Both the position numbers and the translations under genes were made by a program. A stretch of DNA of 64,000 nucleotides from Amoebidium appalachense (lineage: Eukaryota; Protista; Ichthyosporea), in NCBI GenBank assembly GCA_963693365.1, contig CAVNZM010000022.1, positions 22,197-86,196 of the forward strand, written 5' to 3'. Below are positions 10,221-20,773 of the stretch, piece by piece. Below the pieces are notes generated by a model. The model made no database searches, was not told the origin of the DNA, and worked only from the letters and a program-made list of their open reading frames with translations. Numbering within the stretch: position 1 is the first letter of the stretch; the number at the start of each line of letters is the position of its first letter.

Positions 10221-13200
10221 TCACTCGCTCTCGTTTGCAGAACCGTCGCCACCACACTGTTCGTGGGGAGGGCTGCGGGAGTTAAGATGCCACTTCCCGT
10301 CCCGCTTGACGATGACTGGCTCCCCTCCGGTCAAGTGGTAGCGCCAAGTGTGCCCACGCCCACCAACAGGGACGCGGTAATGTGCCAGGTGGTGTGGCTG
10401 GGTGATAACCGCGCCTTCGCGCGCCACGCCGCGCACGTCGCCCCTGCCGTGGATGAACGCCGCGGCCAGCATGTGCAGCGTCAAGTCGTTCTCCCCGGAT
10501 TTCGGCACGTATTCGATCCATGGCTGGTACGCCTGCATCCACTTCTTGCCGCGCGCCGCCTGTTTGCGCCACTGGAACGTCGACATGTCCACGCCCTCTT
10601 CCAGCAGCAACGACATGGCGACAAAGTCGTCCCTGAGAAGACATTGGAAAATGCGAGCGATCTCGGGACTGGGCGCCGCGCCCGCGGCGGCGCCTGCAGC
10701 CCCGCGGCGTGCACGCTTGGCCCGCCCCGGTTGCGGCCCGACCTCGGCCGCGGCCGGGGCTGGAACTTCGTGGTCCTCCGCTGCAGCACCCCGGCGCGCG
10801 CGCGTTGCCCTTCTTGGCCGCGACCCGACCCCGTCCTCCGCGGCACGCCCGCCCTTGCGCCTACGGGCCTGCTGCCCCGCGGACCCCACGGTCTTGCGGT
10901 AGCAGTCGACGATGGCGTCGCGCAGCACCGTCGGCACCGTGAACACGCCGTCCACAAGCGGCACACCGAGTGTGGCCAAGAGCGCCTCCTGGGCCTCGAG
11001 TGTGGCCGCGACCTCCATCTTGTATTCGCCGTCGTTGCACACGCGCAGGCGCCGAGCAAGGTCGTCCGGTGTGGCGGTCCATGGACGCGCGGCCTCGTCG
11101 TTCGCACCCGCGTCCACATACTGTGCGAGCGTCCCTGTGGCATCCGCGGCCTCATCCAGGGACACGAACTCAAACCCCACGACCAGGTGGCGAAGTGCGG
11201 GCAGCTTTTCCTTGATCGTCACCACGCTGGCCGTGGGCGCGCCGTTCTTGCCCGTCGGCCGCGCGAAATAGTTCTCGGCGCGGTAGTGCCACGCTTCGCT
11301 TGGCTCGATGACCAGGCGCACGACCACCGTGGCGAGCAGTTTAGCCAGCGTCTTTGTGGGCGGCGGAGGCGGGGGGAGGGCGCGTGCGTCGCTGAGGTCC
11401 ATGGACCGCACGTCGTCCTTCGTGACAAGCGGTCTGTCTGGGCGGATCCTCTTGACCATGTCGTAGCCAGGAAGGTCCTCACCGTACTCAACGCGCAGGG
11501 CACCATAGGCTCTCTTGAACGTTCTCTTCTGGAGTTCTGGTCGCGACACGCAGATATCCCCCCGGTGCATCCTGTCATTGCCGTCGACCGCCTCGAGCTG
11601 CCGACACACCGCCCCCAGACATTCGAAGTACACGGGATCGTCCGCAAGCGCTTGGCGAACGAGTTCCTCGAAGCCAACAGCCCTATCGTACAGCCTGGTG
11701 GCTTCGCCCACACGTGCCATCACCAACAGCGCGAGCTCGTGGAGCGCATGCACCGTCTCGGGCGCATAGAGTATGGGGGCTTGGGTGACCGCGGATGGGT
11801 CGGGGGCAATGGAGCACAGCCGTCCACATATCTGCGAGGCCGCTTCGAGGTGGATCGTCCTCGAGGTGGATCCCGATCCCGACCGCATCCCTGCCAAGCA
11901 AGTGAAGCCAGCATACATGCGCGTCAGCAGGCCGCGGTGCATGTTGCGCCCGCACTTGTGGGTGGGCTTGAACGTGACCCCGCATCGGGCCATGTCACCC
12001 GCTATGATGGCCACCTTGAACGGGCGGCCCATTTCGTCGGACCAACGCCAGAGGGCATCGAGCGGCATCCCGATGATCAGGAGGGGCTTGTGTTTGATAG
12101 TGAACGTGTAGGCCTCTCCGGTTTTGCTGTCCGAATCGTCATCGTCGCCACCGATGATCTTACGCTCCACATACGCCCTTGCATCGTCGTCGACGCTGAC
12201 ACTCTCCAGCACGGCGTTCGCGGCCTCCACCAGCCACTTGTACAGGTCCACGTGTGCCCTGATTTGCAGCTTGTTGTAGCGCCACAACACAACCACGAGG
12301 CCGTCGTCGACGAAGCCGGCGATGTGCCTGAAGATGGGCTCCTGCGTGGTAAGGACCTTGGTCTTGTCGGTCATGACCAGCAGTTGCTCGCACCATGTGT
12401 CGGACTCGAGCATATCGGCAATGGCCATGTTGATGCCTTCCTCGTCAACGCGCTCGGCGGTGACGCGCTCCTTGAGCATCGCGTCCAGGCGCCCCACAAC
12501 GGCCGCCAGGTACGGAATGGTCGCCTTTGCCTTAGCCGTGATTCGCCCACGTGGGTACCCCCCCTGCTCCAACACCTCGTTGACCGTCAGGTTATCATTC
12601 AGGCCAGAGACGACGACGTCGTAGAAAAGGGACTTGGCGACTGGCGCGTTGCTGAGTCGCTCAGGCGTGAACCGACGCTCGATCTCGTAGTGTGGCCGGT
12701 ACACATGCCCCGGCGCCGCGTAGCCTATGTAGGTGTCCGGCACGGGCATGTCAACGATTCGCAGGGGGAACGGGCAGCTGAGCATGGCAACAGGCGTGGC
12801 CGTCACGCCCACGCACTTGAACGCGGCCCCCGCGAAGCTCTTGAAGTCTTGCTGGGGGAGGTCCCAAAACTCTCGAGCACTGTCCCACACGCGGGCAAGC
12901 GTCGGGTTAAAATAATAAAAGAGATTCTCCCAGGCGTTCGTGTCGCCGTGGCGTCCGGTGACCGTCTCGTGGATTTCGTCCAGGATCAAAGTAGCCCGAA
13001 ACCGCCAACCCCCAAGAGAATCACGCTTGAAGCCGATCCGATTGGTCGCCGCCCCCAAATACCTCACAAAGTTGGGCACCTGTGTGTCGTTTGACAGCAG
13101 TATGCGTGCCTCGTTCAGTACCCCCCGCACCTCGTTTGGTCGGTACTTCGGGGAGGGGGGCGTGGAGCCGATGTAGAACCGCCCGGTATATGCCTCGATC

Positions 13201-13724
13201 GCTTCCACAACCCCCTCCGCGTTAACGCGGAACCATTCGGTGGGCAGGCCCCAGTCTTCGCGATGCTCGACAAGCAGCCGGGCGATGACCGTGTTGAAGG
13301 ACTTTGAGAAACTCGCCTGGAACGTGGGCCCGGCAGCCACGCCCCCACGGGTCTTGATGAGAACGGCGGGGATGCACCCGTCAATGAAGTACGAGACCCA
13401 GCACAGGAGGCAGATCTCGTACGTTTTGCCCACCTGGCACTTGCCGGACAGGATCGTGAACAGGGGGTCGTAAGGTTTCGCGTTGGGCAGCGGGGTGTTG
13501 CGGATTTGCGAAACCACCGACTTGACCGCGTAAACGGGTTCGACGCCGCTCCTCCGGATGGTGTAGTCGTGGTCCAGAAGCGCAATACACAGGCGCGCCA
13601 AAGCGGGTATATCCTCCTGCGTGAGGCCGCAGAATTGGTGCAGGGTCCGGTCGATCCTGCGCCCCACCAGGCGCTCCCAGTCCCGTTCGACATCCCGAGG
13701 AACAACGTTTCCGGGGTGGCTCAT
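10221..13724 (-). CDS. Large SF2 helicase-like ATPase of Z1-domain type
   Basis: ILSGKCQVGKT (cf. GxVQSGKT), LILDEIHE, VGVTATP, PDTYIGY, IIAGDMARCGVTF, QICGRLC in 1167 aa. Confidence 0.72.
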   Translation of the reverse strand: MSHPGNVVPRDVERDWERLVGRRIDRTLHQFCGLTQEDIPALARLCIALLDHDYTIRRSGVEPVYAVKSVVSQIRNTPLPNAKPYDPLFTILSGKCQVGKTYEICLLCWVSYFIDGCIPAVLIKTRGGVAAGPTFQASFSKSFNTVIARLLVEHREDWGLPTEWFRVNAEGVVEAIEAYTGRFYIGSTPPSPKYRPNEVRGVLNEARILLSNDTQVPNFVRYLGAATNRIGFKRDSLGGWRFRATLILDEIHETVTGRHGDTNAWENLFYYFNPTLARVWDSAREFWDLPQQDFKSFAGAAFKCVGVTATPVAMLSCPFPLRIVDMPVPDTYIGYAAPGHVYRPHYEIERRFTPERLSNAPVAKSLFYDVVVSGLNDNLTVNEVLEQGGYPRGRITAKAKATIPYLAAVVGRLDAMLKERVTAERVDEEGINMAIADMLESDTWCEQLLVMTDKTKVLTTQEPIFRHIAGFVDDGLVVVLWRYNKLQIRAHVDLYKWLVEAANAVLESVSVDDDARAYVERKIIGGDDDDSDSKTGEAYTFTIKHKPLLIIGMPLDALWRWSDEMGRPFKVAIIAGDMARCGVTFKPTHKCGRNMHRGLLTRMYAGFTCLAGMRSGSGSTSRTIHLEAASQICGRLCSIAPDPSAVTQAPILYAPETVHALHELALLVMARVGEATRLYDRAVGFEELVRQALADDPVYFECLGAVCRQLEAVDGNDRMHRGDICVSRPELQKRTFKRAYGALRVEYGEDLPGYDMVKRIRPDRPLVTKDDVRSMDLSDARALPPPPPPTKTLAKLLATVVVRLVIEPSEAWHYRAENYFARPTGKNGAPTASVVTIKEKLPALRHLVVGFEFVSLDEAADATGTLAQYVDAGANDEAARPWTATPDDLARRLRVCNDGEYKMEVAATLEAQEALLATLGVPLVDGVFTVPTVLRDAIVDCYRKTVGSAGQQARRRKGGRAAEDGVGSRPRRATRARRGAAAEDHEVPAPAAAEVGPQPGRAKRARRGAAGAAAGAAPSPEIARIFQCLLRDDFVAMSLLLEEGVDMSTFQWRKQAARGKKWMQAYQPWIEYVPKSGENDLTLHMLAAAFIHGRGDVRGVAREGAVITQPHHLAHYRVPVGGRGHTWRYHLTGGEPVIVKRDGKWHLNSRSPPHEQCGGDGSANESE

Positions 13725-13869
13725 TGTGGATCATGGATGGACAGACTGCTCGCTACTGGCTGCTTGTCAACGTTGTCGGGCTGAATACATGACTGTGAGC
13801 CGCGGTGACGCAATCAAACCCCACCCGACTGGACCACGATGACGCAATGGCCACAAAATTGAACAAAAC

Positions 13870-13955
13870 GAGCCAATGGTGTTAGAATGATCATATGAGC
13901 CAATGAGCCAAGGAGCCAATGAGCCAATGAGCCAATGGTGTTAGAAGGATCACAA
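13870..13955. promoter_or_regulatory. CCAAT-box multimer (gagccaat repeats) in divergent promoter region
   Basis: gagccaat x5 plus duplicated gccaatggtgttagaa.gatca between divergent genes. Confidence 0.55.
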
Positions 13956-14110
13956 TGCGACGAATCACATTCAACCCTAACACTGAACTTTCAAAAGAAG
14001 GCATGTGATTGGACTGGGCTGGCTGGTTCATGTGATCATGCAACGGCTGAAGACCGGAACGCTTCTAGAGCCTTTATTTTGTCTTGCATGAGATTTGTGG
14101 CGTGTGTAGG

Positions 14111-15595
14111 ATGGACCAGCTTAGAGAAGCGATACCCCAACTCCCCAAACCGACACCCTTCGCCATCCGCCACCCCCCGAATTCAAGGCACGATGCCGTT
14201 GTCTATGCCCTAGACGATGACTGTCGGCTTCAGCAGGACCATGTCTGCGCGCGGCTGCTGGACGTCGCAAGAGATGGCGACCTCCGCACCTTCCACACAA
14301 AAGAACGCTTTATGAGAAGGGAATTTGCCATGGCAGTGGAGACGGATGCTCTACGCGAACTGCACCCGACGGGCCACCCACTTGTATGCTCCTACGACAC
14401 ATTCCCGTACTATACCGTCTTTCGGCGCCACGTGTTGGGGAAGCGGGACGACGACGCCTATTACAACCCCAATCTCAAAGTTAGTACAGGGGCGTACCAA
14501 TTCTTTACATTGACTATGTGCGTGCTGTGCAGATCGTCCGGCCTCACCCGCCGTCCCCGTACCTTCTTGGATCAACAGACGGATATGGCGAGAGCCTTGA
14601 GGCAGTTTGCGCGCTTTCTTCCGACACCTGACGTGTTGCAAATGGAGTTGCACGAACGGGTTGTCAGGCACTTTGTGGACAAGTTGCCGTCGTCGCCCGC
14701 GTGTCTTGCGTGCCGCAAGACCGCTTGCACAAACCTGTGCGGCCGCTGCAGGCGGGTGTACTTCTGCAACAGTGACTGTCTGCGCGCGGCGTGGCCCGAG
14801 CACAAGAAGGACTGTATCGAGCATGCCCCCGTGGGGTCAGAGCACGACGCCATCGTCTATGCCATGAGCTTCGACGATCGGCTCCACCCATTTCATGTCC
14901 CCGTCCTGATGCTGGACGTTGCAAGAGACGGCGACCTCTGCACCTTCGGCACAAAAGAGCGCTTCTGGAGACTGGATTCGGTCGTGGCCAACGAGATCGA
15001 AGTCATATGTAAACGGTTGCGGTCCTTGGACGGCCGTGAGGTCACGACGGCCGACCGCACCAAGGTCCTGTTCTATCGAACATTCAGGTACTCTTCCGTC
15101 TTCCAGTGCTACATGCTTGGGGCGAATGGCCATATGGGAAGCCACACAGTTTTCAGAATGGCGGCGCGCATACTATGCGTGTCTTCCGGCCTTCCCTGTC
15201 GCCCCCCTGCCGACGTGGTTCGCCGCATGAGTGAGTGTGCCTCGGAGCTGTCTGTGCACTACGAGCCGGACCCCGTGCAAGTGCTGCAACATGACTGGTG
15301 CGAACGCGCGACCAAGCACTTCGTCGACAAACTGCCGTCGTCCGCCTGCCAAACGTGCGGCGCGACCACCCGCACAAAGCGGTGTATGTGCTGCAAGGGG
15401 GCCTACTACTGCAACACGGAGTGTCAACGCAGGGCGTGGGCCGAGCACAAGAAGACCTGTGCGGCGTGCCGCTGGTGCGGCCGGGCCGTGCGCACCAAGC
15501 GGTGCAGCCACTGCCCCAACGCGTACTTCTGCAACGACGAGTGCATGCGCAAGGCGTGGCCCGTGCACCAGAAGCAGTGTAAACGCAAGAAGTGA
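14111..15595 (+). CDS. MYND zinc-finger protein with internal domain duplication
   Basis: Three CxxC..CxxC..YFC/YYC...C...W..HK..C fingers; duplicated HDA(V/I)VYA..DDxL..H..LDVARDGDL.TF.TKERF unit. Confidence 0.88.
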   Translation: MDQLREAIPQLPKPTPFAIRHPPNSRHDAVVYALDDDCRLQQDHVCARLLDVARDGDLRTFHTKERFMRREFAMAVETDALRELHPTGHPLVCSYDTFPYYTVFRRHVLGKRDDDAYYNPNLKVSTGAYQFFTLTMCVLCRSSGLTRRPRTFLDQQTDMARALRQFARFLPTPDVLQMELHERVVRHFVDKLPSSPACLACRKTACTNLCGRCRRVYFCNSDCLRAAWPEHKKDCIEHAPVGSEHDAIVYAMSFDDRLHPFHVPVLMLDVARDGDLCTFGTKERFWRLDSVVANEIEVICKRLRSLDGREVTTADRTKVLFYRTFRYSSVFQCYMLGANGHMGSHTVFRMAARILCVSSGLPCRPPADVVRRMSECASELSVHYEPDPVQVLQHDWCERATKHFVDKLPSSACQTCGATTRTKRCMCCKGAYYCNTECQRRAWAEHKKTCAACRWCGRAVRTKRCSHCPNAYFCNDECMRKAWPVHQKQCKRKK

Positions 15596-15829
15596 CACGG
15601 TGGGCCGCGCAGGTCGCGCAGGGCCGAATGTGTTTTGGTAGCGCAGGTGGTTTGGTATTGGGGTATTGTGGGGTGGCGCGCTCAGTGTCTGGGTCGTTGA
15701 ATTTTTCAACCCATGCCCAGTGGGTTCGTTTTATTCGTCATATGATCAGTTTGCTAGGTTGTAAAGGCCACAACAATAAAGCTGTATCTGTTTACATTTA
15801 TCTGCTATATACCACCCCACTGTATCTGT

Positions 15830-17590
15830 TCACCATCTGTAATCAGGGAGCATGAAGTCCTCTGCCCTACTGGTGACATAGTGGTAGAGGTCCCTGTTAG
15901 GGAAAATTTCCTCCCACGTGTTGGTCTCCGCTATATAACACAACCAGCGATCGTATGGAACATCACGCACTTGCACAAGGTTATCCCTGATTGCATCCTC
16001 GAGGGCTGTCTGACATGACAGTATCGGGTACCAACGCCCGCTATCGCAAACTTGGGCGACCTGAAGAGCGCACCACAGCCTGTCCGCGCTGGCAGACACG
16101 TCGGGGTTGCCCGTGGTCTTGTTGATACCGATATAGCTATTGCGCTGTTGCTGCCAATCATCAGAGGGGAATTTTATCCAATACTCCATGATGGCTACCT
16201 GCCAAGGGCAGTCGGCGTGGTCGGCGTTAAGCATGCATTGGTCATATCCGCTCGGCGGGTGAAGGACGGTTGCGCGCTTGCTCTCGATGTTGTACGCATA
16301 CAACCCCTCGTCAACGAATGGCAGATCTTCGCCTTGGCCCGCCGCTTGTGCGGCTTTGAGCTCTTCGTACTCGACAGCCGTCCTGATTTTGTTCACAAAC
16401 TCCGTCGAATCGAGCGGAAGCACCATGACGGGTTTTTTGTTCATAACGTCCACAAGCATACGCCACGACACCCCAAGTTTCATACCAACCCCCGCGCAAA
16501 TGACACGTTCGGTGGGCCATTCGATGTCAGCATCGACCCGGTCCAAAGGGACGAAACTGCCTTCACTCCGCCCTTCTTGTAGCTCGTAGGCAAGATATCG
16601 CCTGGACCACTCACGTATGTTTTTGCGCTCGGCCATTCCACCCACCCTATAATTCCCCTTGACCTCTTCGGTAAAATCCGAAAGCTTTCTATCCCAATCC
16701 AGCTCTTTTTTAATGATGTCTATGTAGTCGTACAGATGGGCTTGTCTGATGGGTGGAGGCGTATCTGCCGGGTTTGTGGCTGCTTGAGCTAAAATGTTGG
16801 CCTTTTGGGTGCCTATCCTCAGAATGATATCCGAATGAACGACATCGGCGTCGTGGTCGGCGTCGTGGCCGGCGTCGTGGCCCCTCCAGCGGGAATAATG
16901 GTCCATCAATCGCAGCAGCATGCACGTGTTAAACGTCTGCAACGTAAACGCAGAGCTGTCTAACTTGACAACCCCGTTGGACGCGCGCAACCACGCAGTG
17001 CACGGCGGGTAATGTCGCAGGTTGCCGTCGCCGATGCAACCATGAGTGGGGTATGTCTCTATGATCTTTCTGATTGCATCTTCGGGTAGAAGACCCCACC
17101 AGTCCCAGAACCTGCTGGATTGGAATTCAGGGTTATTCTCCACCGCGTAATCGACCATCTCCAGCGAGGAGGTTGCTGAGTACATCTCGGAAAAACTCTC
17201 GCTCGTCCTTTGGACCAACTCGGACATGTTCGGTGCAATCTCTGCAGCTGTGGTCTGCATCACCGTCTTAGTTGCGAGGCAACAGCGACCTTCGGGGTTG
17301 TACACGGCCAGCTTGTCATAGCATCGGAGGTACACAGCGGTGCACGCGCGGTATTTTGCTTTCAGCTCGGTCTGGAACTGTACTAGATTCACCGGGGTGT
17401 CTACCTCGAATACAGTGAAAGGGCGCAACGTTTCCACTAGAGTAACTTGTTCCGGGGTATTAACCGTGGCAAGCCCATTGGTGTTTGCAAGAAAAAAAGC
17501 CGCAACATCTTCCCCTACAGGACCCAAAAAGAGCGGCGTCCTCGCTGGAACTATCCGCACACGCACTGGAGTCGAGGGTGCGAGCCCCAT
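15830..17590 (-). CDS. Hypothetical protein (~586 aa)
   Basis: Long ORF with natural composition; no motif recognised. Confidence 0.7.
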   Translation of the reverse strand: MGLAPSTPVRVRIVPARTPLFLGPVGEDVAAFFLANTNGLATVNTPEQVTLVETLRPFTVFEVDTPVNLVQFQTELKAKYRACTAVYLRCYDKLAVYNPEGRCCLATKTVMQTTAAEIAPNMSELVQRTSESFSEMYSATSSLEMVDYAVENNPEFQSSRFWDWWGLLPEDAIRKIIETYPTHGCIGDGNLRHYPPCTAWLRASNGVVKLDSSAFTLQTFNTCMLLRLMDHYSRWRGHDAGHDADHDADVVHSDIILRIGTQKANILAQAATNPADTPPPIRQAHLYDYIDIIKKELDWDRKLSDFTEEVKGNYRVGGMAERKNIREWSRRYLAYELQEGRSEGSFVPLDRVDADIEWPTERVICAGVGMKLGVSWRMLVDVMNKKPVMVLPLDSTEFVNKIRTAVEYEELKAAQAAGQGEDLPFVDEGLYAYNIESKRATVLHPPSGYDQCMLNADHADCPWQVAIMEYWIKFPSDDWQQQRNSYIGINKTTGNPDVSASADRLWCALQVAQVCDSGRWYPILSCQTALEDAIRDNLVQVRDVPYDRWLCYIAETNTWEEIFPNRDLYHYVTSRAEDFMLPDYRW

Positions 17591-18239
17591 TGTCAACAGA
17601 GAGATAATGAATGTCTTCTACCCCGCGTGCTTATAAACCTGTAGTTAGTCCTATAGTAAACCTTCTCCTATGTGCTATGAGCAGTGGACTGTGTTGCATC
17701 AGACGATTCCGATTCTGATTTCATATTGTGTAACGCGATATTGCGCTCGCGAATCAGAAGCCGCCAAACTATTCACTGCCCTGCTGCGCGATTGGCTGCA
17801 GGTGCCTAAACAGCATTCCAACACGATGTTGCGTTCGCGAAGCAGATTCCGCCTATTATCCGATACCCTACTGGGCGATTGGCTGTAGCTGTCATTTTGT
17901 CATGCAATCGATGTTGCCAGGAAAATACATTGGCCGTCATCTATTGGATACGACAGGGACCAATTGGTACTTTACAATTTCTTTTGTTATGGGGGTTTTT
18001 TTTTTTTTTTTTTTTTTTTCTTTGTTTTTTTTTTTTTTTTTTTTTTTTTTGGTACAACTTGAGGAAAAGATGGGGACTCTGTGTCCCCAAGTCGTCAATG
18101 GACTGGCAAATTTACCCCCGTTTCTCCCTTCCCCACCCTCTTCTTTTTTTTTCTTTTCCCGGCCCTTTTTTTTTTCTTTTTTTTTTTTTTTTTTTTTGCG
18201 CCGGGGTTTTTCCCAAAACCCCCCCGGGGGCGCCGGACC

Positions 18240-18481
18240 GCCGGGCCATCGAGGCGTCGGACTCCGCGCTCGCCGACTACGTGACCGTCGGGAAGTTCCT
18301 CGTCGACCGCGGCATCACGGACAGGTCCAGCAGCGCGCTCGGCCGCCAGCTCGCGCGCGCCTGGCGCGACCAGGAGGGCGGCGAGCCCGAGGAGACGCTC
18401 AAGATGGTGCAGGGCGACATGCGGCCCGTCAAGGTGTACCCCGTGCGCTTCCTGGAGAAGCACGTGCTCGGGTGGCAGTAA
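18240..18481 (+). CDS. C-terminal remnant of antirepressor-like DNA-binding protein; 5' part unreadable
   Basis: SALGRQLARAWRDQEGGEP...GDMRPVKVYP, high GC3; preceded by garbled poly-T sequence. Confidence 0.45.
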
Positions 18482-18544
18482 ACGGCCGCGCGCGCCTCGC
18501 GGGTACATAAGCAGCACCGCGTTTATTTTCTATCCATTCACACA

Positions 18545-18976
18545 ATGGATCTTCCATGCAACACCACACCCCGGAAAGTCTTTGCGTGCCCCGACTGCGA
18601 GCGAACGTTCACGATCAAGGCGAACATGAAAAGACATCACGCCGCGTTGCACTCGGGCAGTCGCCCCTACGGCTGCACCCAGCAGGGCTGCTTTGCCACG
18701 TTTGCGCGCAGCGACCACCTGAAGGTGCACGTCAGGATGCACACCGGCGAGCGACCCTTCATGTGCGATTTTTGCAATGCCGACTTCCCGTCCCCCTCTG
18801 CGCTATGGATGCACCGGCGCGGCGTCCATACCGAGAATAAGACATCCGTGCGGCGGGTGCGTGGTGCCCTGCGGTGCCCATCTGAGGGGTGCGAGTGTAC
18901 GTTTACCCGGTCGCCCGCGCTCAACTACCATGTGCTGAACGCACACCCCGAGCTGGTTGCCGGTCCAGCCGCATAA
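18545..18976 (+). CDS. C2H2 (Krueppel-type) zinc-finger protein, 4 fingers
   Basis: CPDC...HHAALH, C....C..TFARSDHLKVHVRMH, canonical TGERPF linker. Confidence 0.92.
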   Translation: MDLPCNTTPRKVFACPDCERTFTIKANMKRHHAALHSGSRPYGCTQQGCFATFARSDHLKVHVRMHTGERPFMCDFCNADFPSPSALWMHRRGVHTENKTSVRRVRGALRCPSEGCECTFTRSPALNYHVLNAHPELVAGPAA

Positions 18977-19038
18977 AAACAGGCGGACCCGACACAAGGC
19001 CCGTCAGATATTATCTATCCTCAAGTGTATCGGACAGC

Positions 19039-20527
19039 ATGGAAGACCTCTACATGAAGATCGCATCGGACATGTCCGTGAATGAGCAGCGCAAATTGGC
19101 GACGTACGAGGAGTTTGGAGCGGACAACAGGCACGCGCAACAACTGGTTGGACGCGGACATTGTCGAGCAGTACGAATGGACCGAGGAGCAGATCCACGC
19201 GTTCTGTCGCACCCTTGTGGCGTATTCCCGCCCGGACGGCGTGTACCTGTTCAAGCGGTTCAAGGATGGGAGATTTGTCCACGAGATCAAGTCCAAGGAG
19301 AAGGTGGCTGACATGCTGTCCAAGTACAAGTTCAGGTACAACCCGACCGGCAAGAAGGTGGAGACATACAAGGGCTCGTGGCACTTGGACAGCAGCCAGA
19401 TGGTCGTGTACCACGGTGGCATCGTCTTCGACCCCAGCGACCCCGACCCCAAGACGCGTGTCCGCAACCCGCGCTACACGTCGACCCACAGCCGCACGTT
19501 CAACAGCTTCCAGGGATTCCAGTTTACGTACGACCCATCCTTTGTCATCGACGAGAGTCTCCTCGCGGGCTTCGTCGGTCACGCGAGAGACGTCATCTGT
19601 GCGGGGGACGAGTCTCTGTACCACTACGTGCTCGAGTGGCTGGGGCACCTGTTCCAGTACCCCGCACGCAAGCCCGAGAGCGCCTGGCTGATGCGGAGCA
19701 TCGAGGGGACCGGCAAGAACATGTTTGTGAAAATCATACAGAACGTGCTGGGTGACGACCTTGTTGGTGTGGTGGAGACGGAAGATCGCCTCGCGTCCCG
19801 CTTCAACGTAGGTATCACGTTCAAACTGTTAGTGGTGTGCAACGAGGTCACATACGGGAAAAGCCACCGTACACCCAACCACCTGAAGACCCTCATCACC
19901 GACGACACCATGACCTACGAGGCCAAGGGCATTGACGCAGTCAAGGTCCGTTCGTGCGAGCGTTGGATCCTGATGTCCAACGAACAGCATCCCGTCCCGG
20001 TCAGTCGCACGGACAGGCGCTATGCGTGCATGGAGGTGTCCGACACTCGCGTCGGTGACGAGAGGTACTTCAGGGCCCTGTCGCAGCAGTACGCGGCCGG
20101 ATCTCCTGCGCTCGAGCACCTCTACCAGTGGTTCATGAGGATCCCCGTGTCCGACCCCAACCGTGTCCCACCCCCCATGACCACCCTCAAGCGGCAGCTC
20201 CAGGACCTCAGCGGGCCGATGGAGCTGCAGTTCCTGCGTGACCTGCTGAAGCGCGAGAACGGGTTTGAGGATGCGCCCGCATTTGAGGACGGTGCGAGGG
20301 TTACTCCTGCTGCCCTCTTCCAACTCTACCAGTCCTGGTGGGAACACAACACACCCGACAAGTCCAAGCGGCCAACCCAGCGCGACTTTGGGATTGCAGT
20401 TACGGCCATCCTGGGCAAAATTAAGAGCACCCGCGTCAACACAATAGCCTACGGCGCTGAAGGTTGTGAGGCCGCTTCAGGCTTTACACGCTGCTATGGT
20501 CTCGATCGCAAACTTATCGGAGTGTAG
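19039..20527 (+). CDS. D5/primase-associated SF3 helicase (DUF5906-like); apparent frameshift near 19115
   Basis: YHYVLEWLGHLFQYP, SIEGTGKNMF, LVVCNE, LKTLITD...YEAKG, ILMSN, DRRY; continuous ORF 19082-20527, upstream MEDLYMK in another frame. Confidence 0.88.
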
Positions 20528-20545
20528 CGTGCTTGTGTGGCGTGT

Positions 20546-20773
20546 TGTGTGGCTAGTGGCTAGAACGTGGCCAGATCCGAGAGCCAATCAAATCGCGCCA
20601 TTGGGTCCTCTGTGGCTAGTGTGGCTACTTTTTCTCTCTGTGGCTAGTGTGGCTAGTGAAATAAATCGGCGGCGGGGGTGGTCTTTGGAGGCTTTTGATT
20701 GGTCGTTGCTAGGGAGATCTCTGGTTTGGGTGTGAGTCGGAAAGAAGTGGACACAGTAGCCACAATAGCCACG
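20546..20773. repeat. Cluster of paired GTGGCTA motifs (direct and inverted)
   Basis: gtggctagtggcta, gtggctagtgtggcta x2, tagccacaatagccac. Confidence 0.8.

Noticed and set aside
7935-10488. Diversity-generating retroelement (template/variable repeat)
   Set aside because: No reverse transcriptase nearby; differences include indels and are not adenine-specific
10263-13094. 943-aa plus-strand ORF
   Set aside because: Antisense shadow of the GC3-rich helicase gene; no motifs, GTG start
17990-18240. Poly-Phe ORFs or a structured poly-T element
   Set aside because: Homopolymer-expanded garble typical of low-quality long-read consensus
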